The translations under genes were made by a program, and so were the position numbers. The notes beneath the pieces were generated by a model that did no database searches, was not told the origin of the DNA, and was given only the letters and a program-made list of their open reading frames with translations. Of a stretch of DNA of 64,000 bases, positions 13,601 through 23,059 are shown one piece after another. This DNA comes from Camelus ferus (Eukaryota), in the NCBI RefSeq assembly GCF_009834535.1, contig NC_045696.1, positions 32,180,001 to 32,244,000 on the forward strand, read 5' to 3'. Positions within the stretch are counted from its first letter, which is position 1, and each line of letters begins with the position of its first letter.

Positions 13601-15986
13601 TTTTTTATAAAGGAAAATAGTACTGCATTATTCTACCCCTATTGGTTTATTAAGTGATGCAACTGACATAATTATTCTCTCTATTGACAATTGCATGATT
13701 AGAAAGTTTTTAATTGATATTATCAACTTGTATTAAATGTGTGCTTCCATAGCATTTTTATCCTAGAGTAATCATTATCAGAAGTATTTTGTAGGCATGG
13801 GAGATGTATAAGACAATTAATGAAACTTATTAATAGATGGGAATTTGTTGACTTTAAATGATGATTTATAATATAGCGCTGTAGACTATTTGAAGCATTG
13901 GTCTTAAAGCTGAATATTTTCTGCCTAATTACATTTAATTATTATTAATTGAAACTTTACTGAGCCATAGTTAAACAGTCCTCTGCCTAATCTGATCTAT
14001 TGATCTCATGGAGGTTGTCTGTATTCTAAACAAATCTGATGATGATGTAGAATTTTGGACTTTAAAAATGTGGTTAATGCTCCAAGGATGATTTTTTTTT
14101 TTTTATTTTAAAGAATAATGGTTCAGTACATTTTGGCATTAAATTATCTCCTCCAGTCTTGATTCCCTAGAAAATTGTCCCATTTTTCTCTCTTGAATAT
14201 TTTGCAACAGAACTGCAATGAAGTAATTTGACTATTTAAGAACTTGATACAATACTTCATTCCTCACATCCAAGTCATTTAAATTCTTTCCCCAGTGCCT
14301 GTTTTCCACCAGATTGTGTCCAACTTCAGCAGTTTAGTCCAGAAGTTCATTATCAACTGAACTTTTGACTCACATAAATAATTTTCAATAGATTATAATT
14401 AAACTTATATCAGAGGATTAGACCAAGTCAGAGGGGTTTCTATTTCAATAAATAGAAAATAATATTTCAGGGCTGAGGAATGAACAGTAGTATTTCTACC
14501 CTTTAACTAGAACATTTTTTTGTCTTAATTAGGGTACATTTATTTACTTTTGGCTTCCAGACTGCCCGTACTGAAAACAAGCTTGGGGTTTGAATTTTTA
14601 ATACCCTAAAGAAAACAGAGTAAAATAGGACAGCATGAGGTGTTCTTGCCCACAGTTCTTTTCTGTTTGTACTATGTTTATCTTCATATACTGAAAAATG
14701 TTCCTTTTTCTGCTTTGAAATGTTGATGTGCCAAACAAATTGAATTTCTTTTTTCTCCCACGTCTCTATTGGCTAAAACAAGGAGTTTCTCTGGATTTCC
14801 ATGTAACTGTTGTTTATCAGTGTGTTTTAGTCCAGTGAACTGGCTCAGCATTGCTAAGTGCTAATATTTTAACCTTCTTTTAGTTCATACCCCAATTTTT
14901 TTCAGGCATATATTGAGTTGATATTTAAATTGAATATGAGAGAAATGTGTATCAGGTAGGTTTGTATATAAAATAGCTCTCATATTTTGGGTATATGAAT
15001 TTATGTAAGTCTTTTTTGGCTTGATTTGAAAACTTAATTTTAATTTTTATTATGACAAGTAATCTATGTGAATATTAAAAATAGTCACAATGGATATGTT
15101 CATCTTATGTGAGCTTGTTGTAAGATGCCTATGTAAGTATGTTCGTCAAACTTGTTTCTCAATCTGATAATTATGCATTATTAGATATGATAATTACAAT
15201 GAAATATTGAAATTGACAATGGTCATTTAGAGAAGTGAATTCTTATGGAAGCATTTCTTAGTTTTTGTTTTGGTTTGTCTTTGTTTTTGCTTTACTTGGG
15301 AATAATAGTGTCATAAATTGATAGTGGACTTTTTCTATGCACTAATAAAAAAAAAGATTAAAAATCATTTTTGTTAGCCTATTAGCCTGTTTGATTTCTC
15401 CGGTATCTCCTTCAACTCAACAAAATTCTATGCTCTCCAGCCAGAGAGTTTAAGACTCATAGCAGGGTGGGTGGGGATTACCAGGAGTTGATTAAGCTGG
15501 AGTGCTTGTTTAAGTGTAGAATGCACAGGAAAAATAGTTCTCAGTAGTCTGCATGTATTGAATGTAAAATATAACTTCAAATTCCATACTGTTTTAAAAT
15601 ATAAACATTAAATTGCTTTTTAATTTATGTATTAAAATATATTATAAACTGCTGCAACTAGTTTTCTACTTTTTTTAAGTTTTGATCAATTTAAGTAGAG
15701 AAATATTTGCTGAAAGTTCTTTTAAAAATTGTTTCAGAAATATCTAAACAATATGAAATATTTCACGTCAGTATTTATCTTGTAAATTGCATTGTAATGC
15801 ATTTCTAATTTTTTTATTTGAAGATATGTTTTTGCTTCAGCCACTGAGTTTCATCTAATGAGTAAGGAGAACAATCTTTAAACATCAATTCAAAAAATGT
15901 TAAGTGTCTCTTCAGCCTAGGAAACGTGTGGTAATTGAGTAAATAGTTGTATATGTGACTAGATTTTCAAAATCTAGCCTGACTTT

Positions 15987-16129
15987 AATTAATTAATTAA
16001 TTAATTAATTATTTTTGGCGAGGGGAGGTATTAGGTTTATTTATTTATTTTTAGAGGAGGTACTGGGGATGGATCCCAGGACCTTGTGGATGTTAAGCAT
16101 GTGCTTTACCACTAAGTTATATCCTCCCC
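15987..16129 (-). mobile_element. tRNA-Ala-derived SINE (Vic-1-like)
   Basis: Reverse strand reads GGGGAGGATATAACTTAGTGGTAAAGCACATGCTTAACATCC...GGTCCTGGGATCCATCCCCAGTACCTCC...AAACCTAATACCTCCCC. Flanked by a 14-bp TSD with 1 mismatch: TCTAGCCTGACTTT (15973-15986) / TCTGGCCTGACTTT (16130-16143). Confidence 0.9.
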
Positions 16130-17009
16130 TCTGGCCTGACTTTGATTAAATTGATCATTTTAATGTTTGAAATAAATTTTTTGTTTTAATTTTTATTTTA
16201 ATCTATATTTAATTTTGTTTTAATCTATATTAAATGGAATCCCTTGTGCTCTTTTGTTTGTAGTTTTATAAGGTAGCCACACTTAAAATCATGCAAATGA
16301 TGCACCCTGTGCTGAAAAACATTTTTGTATTTTGGTGATAGCTGGAAGTAGAGAGGAATAATAAAACATGAGAAACCTACTCTCAAGTTTATATGACTTC
16401 TTGTCTAAAGCCTATGATAAGTGCAACATTTCTTCTCGATGAATTTTCAGTAAGCAGGTTTTATGACCTCTTCTGTGTGAGAAGAGTAGCAGACTTATAT
16501 AAATTGTTGGAAATATAGACTTAAAAATGTAAGGTTATTATCTATTTAAGGTTAAACTGATGTAGAGCACACATTGTGGCCAAAGGGGAAAGAATTTATT
16601 TCAGAGACATCTATTTATTAATGAAATATAGATAATTATTTTACAGATTAGGCTCTTTAATGCTATATTTTGTCAGCTCTACCACTGAATCAATTCTACA
16701 GGAAAGAAACACAGAATAGTCCTCTGCTTTGTTATTTCTTTTACTCTTGTCATGGTTTTAACTACTTTGAATATGTGTTTCTATTTTTTGATGAATTGTT
16801 GCTTTGATCTTTTCATTTTAAGATAACTGGTATATATAGATATTTTATGAAGTAGAGAAAAAAACAAAATTGTTGTCATTTTTATAAACAATAAAATGTT
16901 TGCATTTTCCATAATTCATTGTTTTATGATTGATCTAGTGGCTATTAGCTGTCTAAAATAATTGAATCATCTAGGTTTCTAGATCAAACTAGCTCAGCTA
17001 CCAGTTTAG

Positions 17010-17420
17010 TGCTTTTATTGCATGTCTCACAATGTTGCCATGTCCAAAATTCAACAATGGTTCCAACTTCAAGCACATTATGAAAAAATTACTTCATATC
17101 AGTAAATAGCTTGTTCTTATTTCATAGTCAAGGTCCTAAGAATCATCCTTCACTTTTCATTTTCATTTTAATTTTTCTCTTTTTTTTAACAGCCAAACTA
17201 TTTTCAATTTCCATTGCTTCTACCTCTTAAATATATCTCAAATCTGTCTCTTTTCCTGTTTCTCCTGCCACTGCTTTGTTTGACACCTAATTCCTCTACA
17301 CTACTTTTACTCTTATGTGTCTTCATTTTCACATTCCCCAAACTCTTCTCCATTACAGCACATTGATTCTTAAACTAAAAAACAAAAAATATTATAAAAG
17401 AGATCACAGTCTTAATTAAA
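17010..17420 (+). mobile_element. L2 LINE remnant, 5' part (apparently continues after the L1 at about 20104-20245)
   Basis: catgtccaaaattcaac...gaatcatccttcactt...ttctacctcttaaatatatctcaaatctgtc resembles L2; the L2 terminus caataaacatggatgaatgagtgaatgaatg is at about 20210-20240. Confidence 0.55.
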
Positions 17421-17485
17421 ATTACTAATTTCTGTTGTAGCATTCATCACAAATTTGTAAATTTTACTTTTAAGAAATCTGTCTC

Positions 17486-18795
17486 GGTCTTGAGAGGCAA
17501 GATGGCAGAGTAGAAGGACGCTTGTAGCTCACCCTCTCCCACAAATACACCAAAACTCACATCTGCGGACCCACTTAGCCAACCAGAGCACCAGCCAAAC
17601 TCCGACAGAACGTTGCCCTCTTCGAAAGATGAAGACGCCAAAAATCTGGTAGGAGAAAAGGAAAAAAGAAAGAAGAAAAAAGCAAAACAGTGAGGGACCA
17701 ATCCCGCGGGGAGGGAGCAGCAAAGGAGGACTGGCGCTCGTTTGCTGTGTCTCTCCTCTCCATCAGAGAGGCCAGCGGGACTGAAGGGGAGCCTCCGAGG
17801 CTCAGATCTGCCCCGAGCACCACTTGACCAACAGAACTGAGTTAAACAGCCACGGAGGGTCCCCATGACACCCAGCTCGAGATGTGAGCCAGCAGCTGGG
17901 GCCAGGACGGGCCGCCCAAGCCAGGCAGAGGACTGGGGCAACTGCACTGAGGCAGCCCCAGGGAACTGCAGGGTTCTGCGCACTGTGGCTGGGAGGGGAT
18001 AAGGAACAGAACAACCTCGGTCCCCCATAAATTGTGAAAAAAGCAAAGCAACACTGCTGGTGTGCCCTAGGGGGAGGGGCCTTTATCTCCTCAGACCTGC
18101 ACCGCCATTACTGGCGCTTCTCGCGAGGAGAGGCGGAGCGCAGCCACAGCTGCCATCTTCTCCTGCGCATAGTGCGTGGGCGGGGGTGGGGCCGAGACCT
18201 GAATCCGGACCTGGGGCCTCTGCAACTTCCTAGGCAGGACTGAGTCTTGTTTACAGCCCAAGGCAGATAGGGTCTTTCTGCCCTGGCACCTCAGAGAACT
18301 TGCGCAGCCAAGACAGACAAGGAGTTGAGATTTGGCACGGAGCAGGGGCGGGGCCATTTCGTAGTCTTCCCTGAGCCCACCTTTGGAGTGCCAACCTGAG
18401 GCAGAGCGGGCAGCTGCACAGAGCAGCGGAGCGACCAGCGCCTGGAGAGGGTGGGCGGCCAACGGCCTTCCTGGCAGGAGCGCAGCACCTGACCACGGTG
18501 CTGGGAGGGGGAACGATCCGTTCACCTGCCTCCTGAGTGCAGCATCTGACTGTGGCATTGGGAGGGGGAATGACCTCAGCACCTGACCCAGTGTTAGGAG
18601 GGGGCACGATCTGCTAGCCAACAGCCACTGGGAGCAGCACAGATGAGGGCGCCAACAGAGGGCCTCTGGAAACAGCAAGCTGAGTTCATGAAACAGGATG
18701 AAGACACAAAGACCTCTGGATAAAATCATTAAGAGCACACCATCTCCAGGAGAACTAGATAACTGATACTCCTTAAGCCACAGTGCCAGAGAGAT
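17486..18795 (+). promoter_or_regulatory. L1 5' UTR internal Pol II promoter (CpG-rich)
   Basis: Only extended GC/CpG-rich tract in the window; YY1 motif CAAGATGGC at 17498-17506; GC box GGGGCGGGG near 18345-18353; lies directly upstream of the ORF1 ATG. Confidence 0.8.
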
Positions 18796-19281
18796 ATGAG
18801 CAATATGAAGAAGCAGAGGAACCGCTTCCAATTAAAATATCAAGAGAAATCCCCTGAAAGCACAATCAAGGAAATAGACATTGATGGCCTACTAGATCAA
18901 GATTTCAAAAAAGGAGTGATCAAAGTGCTGAAGGAACTGAAAAGAAATAGTGTTTAGAGATATAAAATATGTCAAAAATGAAACAGAAGCTATAAAGAAG
19001 AACCAAGTAGAATTAGGAAATTCATTTGCTGAGATGAGAGCTGACCTAAAGGCTGTACAAAGCAGGCTAGATAATGCAGAGGAACGAATTAGTGACCTAG
19101 AAGACAGGATGAAAAAAAAGAAGTCCTGAATGAAAAAAAGATGCAGCCTAGGATACTCTATCCAGCAAGGCTATCCTTTAGAATAGAAGGAGAGATAAAG
19201 AACTTCACAGACAAGCAAAAACTAAAAGAGTTTAGCAACACTAAACCCATGCTAAAAGAAATAGTGACAGGTCTACTGTAA
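18796..19281 (+). pseudogene. L1 ORF1p remnant, frameshifted and internally deleted
   Basis: MSNMKKQRNRFQLKYQEKSPE...KVLKELK, then a +1 shift at the A-run 18940-18943 (TAG at 18955-18957), then EIVFRDIKYVKNE...RLDNAEERISDLEDR. Jumps at about 19112-19121 to VLNEKKMQPRILYPARLSFRIEGEIKNFTDKQKLKEFSNTKPMLKEIVTGLL*. Confidence 0.9.
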
Positions 19282-19422
19282 ATAGAAGAGAAGCAGGATG
19301 CTACAAAAATGAGAAACTCATAACTGGAAAGTAGATAACTGCCATGAATTACAAAAAGAATAAACACAAAATTGTAAAAGAAGACATTTAAATCATTAAG
19401 AGTGGGAGAGGGAAGCAAGGAA

Positions 19423-19797
19423 AGCCACTGTGGAAAACAGTATGGAGATTCCTCAAAAGACTAGGAATAGACTTACCATATGACGCAGGAATCCTGCTCC
19501 GGGAAATATATCCAGAAGGAGCCCTACTTCAAAATGACACCTGCACCCCAATGTTCATAGCAGCACTATTTACAGTAGCCAAGACATGGAAACAGCCTAA
19601 ATGTCCATCAACAGATGACTGAATAAAGAAGCTGTGGTATATTTATATGATGGAATACTATTCAGCCACAAAAAATGACAACATGACACCATTTGCAGCA
19701 ACATGAATGTTCCTGGAGAATGTCACTCTAAGTGAAGTAAGCCAGAAAGAGAAAAAAAAAAAAATACCATGTGAGATCACTCATATGTGGAATCTAA
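19423..19797 (+). pseudogene. L1 ORF2p extreme C-terminal remnant
   Basis: [73 protein letters not shown]..., with in-frame stops; collinear with the minus-strand L1 ORF at 43544-44038. Confidence 0.9.
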
Positions 19798-22700
19798 AAA
19801 CAAAAAAACCCATAAACACAAAACAGAAACAGACTCATAGACACAATACAAACTTGTGGTTGCCAAGGGGGTGGGGGGTGGGAAGGGACAGACTGGGATT
19901 TTAAAACACAGAATAGATAAACAAGGTTATACTGTATAGCACAGGGAAATATATACAAGATCTTGTGGTAACTCATAGTGAAAAAAATGTGACAATATAT
20001 ATATGTTCATGTATAACTAAAAAATTGTTTTCTACACTAGAATTTGACACAACATTGTAAAATGACTACTACTCAATAATAATAAATAAAATAAATCTGT
20101 CTCCTAATTTCTAAATTTCTGAATTTTATGTACATGTGTAATGTTCACTGCCACATTTTCAGCATCTTGCATTGCTAATATCCATGGCATTGCTTATCTG
20201 GTACATGTCCAATAAACATGGATGAATGAGTGAATGAATGTATGAATTCTTGCTTTAGATGCACAGGTGATTATGGGCAGAATTTACCACTGCACATCAG
20301 CTTAGACCTATTTGTTTGGCATTTCAATCTTGAGGCTCAGCTTTTATTTCTAAGTGTAACCCCCTCACCTCTTTCACAGATTAGTCCAACAGTTTAATCT
20401 CTTTGATTCCAAATCCCTTCTCTTTCACAACCACTGCCTAAAATTCATTCTACATATAACTATAATATTTATCATGTACCTCCACTGTTGGAAACTCTCC
20501 AATTATTTCCTTTTGCCTTTAAAATTAGTCCAGATTTTAAAACGTGATGCATATTCTGATGTCTTCTTGTTGCTTCAAATTTACATTTGTAACTCTCCCA
20601 CCTGGAAACCTGCAGTTCTTTCAGGCTTTATTTTCTTCTTTTATGTGAAGTAAAAGCCTTTTGTTATGCCAGGACTTTGGACAAGTTTTCCCTTTTTTCT
20701 AGAACATTCTTCCTTTTTTGCTTAACATCTATCTACTCTCTCAATTTAAGGTTTTTTACATTGCTGGATATCCCCAGACAAAATTTAGAGGCCCAGCCTT
20801 CCTACTATATAAATCAGAGGACTGTATTTCTGCCATGGTGACCATTATCTTCACTGGTGCTGACACACAGAACCAGGTTAAGACACATTGATACAAGCAA
20901 ATATATCTTCACATGAACTGTTAAGTTTTATGATGATTCCTTTGTAAATTTCATTTATTAAACATAACATTAGCAAACTAAAGGGAATATAAAGAAGCCA
21001 TGTGAGGTTTGTAAGCCATAGATCAAAGGAAAATCAAAGAATTGAATTGAGAAGAATTTATTTACATAAAATAATGTTTCCAACATTAGTCCTAAACTAT
21101 TGCTGTTATGTCATTACAAATGCTATTAAATGAAAAACTGCCCTGCATATCAAATATCTGCACTAAGGCATATATCCACTATACTCCGAGAGTGAAAGTG
21201 TTATTATTTTAAAATTTAGACAGGTTTTTCCAGAAGTGGTTTTGTCGACTTTCCTTGGGGAGGGTCGGTGTGCTGGGAGAGGAGATGCTGATTGGGGGAG
21301 GACAGAAATAAATGAGTCCTTTCCAGCAGGAGGGCTGACAGGTAGGAGATTGAAGGTAAGGTAATTAGCAAAGCTAGGTGGGAGGAGAGGTGCTTCTAGG
21401 GCAGTTCCTGAGATGAATCTGTAACTGATATCCCCATTTGTACACTGGTGTAATAGATTTTCATTTAAAATGAAATTAAAACATAATGAAGCAAATTTGA
21501 TGTCTGCCAAGTTGGTTAAAATAGAGCCCTACATTTACTCACACTTCTCAGCTGAGCTGATACAATGTAGAAAAGTGAGACTAGAGTAACCTGATATTTG
21601 TTCTACCAATTTTGATAGGAAGCAAATTTACGTATGTATTTTAAAATCGTTTATAAATTAGTTTCTTCTAGAGACTTACCATTCTACTTATACAATGATA
21701 ATTACCTAAGAAGTAATTTTAGTGAGTTTAACACAGTGAGTTGAGGCTTGTATTTACCTAGTAATGTTGTTCTGTAAAAGCAATAAATTATTGCCTTTCT
21801 GATGGACAATCATTTTATAAATGTATAGTTATTTATGTACATATGCCTAACTACATAGCTACATATACAAAGCCGGAGCGAAGGGTGGTAGAGATCAGCA
21901 TTGTTGTGGTTTATTGTTGGGAAAATGTTAAAAACAAAACCTGAAACATTTTAAAATGTATTTTCTTTCTGAATATGGGTCAGTAGTTTCACTGAATTTT
22001 CTTTAAAAAGATAACTTTCCACATCAGCCAGGAAAACATAAAACAAAGACAAAGAGTTCAACAAATATTGATCAATTCTAGGGAATTATAATTTGGCTTT
22101 TAGAACTTTATACATTTGCACAAAGATAGATTTAAATGATGACTATCTGTAATGGTACAAGGGGAGAATGACACATTAACTACTTTATCAAATGTGTTAC
22201 CTTCAATGTATAATACCTACTTGTTTGCCATTAATAAAAAAATTGAGGTGCCAGTACTCATGGGAGAATGTTTTTGAAAGTAGATTAATTTCCAACATAA
22301 ATTGATTGTTAATAAGTGCCAAATTCTTAAAGGGCCATTTATCTGAATTCTTGACTTACTAGATAACAATTATCTTGATATTCCTTTCTTCTGAATTCAT
22401 TTCAAATATTTTTATTCTTTCTCCGTGGATTATTTATAGAATATGAAAACTCTTACCCAATGGATTGATTTTGATATCTTTATAAACTACATTTGGTTTT
22501 TAAAATAATCATTTAAAATATTTTATTTGTAAATAGAAAGGCAGGAAATAGGGAATTTTACTCATTGTGTTCTTGTTAAATCCTAGATATGTGCATACAT
22601 ATCAAAATTTGGCCCCTGCAGTCATTCCAAAAGCACATTGATGGGGCTCCAGGATATTGAGGGACAATTGTCTTTAACAGGACCTTTCCTCAAGTATGGA

Positions 22701-23006
22701 TCTTCTAGTGTGGCCCAGTAAGTTGGAAGTACAGTCTTGTTTCTGGGTTAACATGGATGAGTCACATTATTTGGTAGGCTCACAAAGAAACTATGTGACA
22801 TTTTCTTATTTTTTGCTTTTGGAATACCTGGTCCTCTGATTCATTTATATGATTGGATACATGCTTAATTATATATAAATGATCCTTAAACAAATATTTA
22901 TGATGCACATCACTAGGTTTTATGGGGGAATGCATAGTCCTCATTTAAAAGATGCTTAAAAGAAAAGCCAAACTCAAAATAGCATATTTTCCCTAAATAC
23001 ATATTA

Positions 23007-23009
<3 letters not shown>

Positions 23010-23053
<44 letters not shown>
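23010..23053. repeat. Pure (TA)n microsatellite, about 22 units
   Basis: Directly visible. Confidence 0.95.

Positions 23054-23059
<6 letters not shown>

Larger units (their letters stand above)
17486..20089 (+). mobile_element. LINE-1 with complete 5' UTR and 3' end but two large internal deletions (2.6 kb)
   Basis: 5' YY1-type motif CAAGATGGC, GC/CpG-rich 5' UTR of about 1.3 kb, ORF1 N- and C-terminal pieces, ORF2 C-terminal piece, 3' UTR and A-rich tail. TSD AAGAAATCTGTCTC (17472-17485) / AATAAATCTGTCTC (20090-20103), preceded by TTTT (L1 endonuclease-type site). Confidence 0.95.

Noticed and set aside
17240..17250. Third copy of AAATCTGTCTC upstream of the L1 TSD
   Set aside because: It sits within L2-like sequence about 230 bp from the L1 start; the copy abutting the L1 is the better TSD, so I treat this one as coincidence.
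17486..18795. CpG island as a host gene promoter
   Set aside because: It lies entirely within the TSD-bounded L1 and leads into L1 ORF1.
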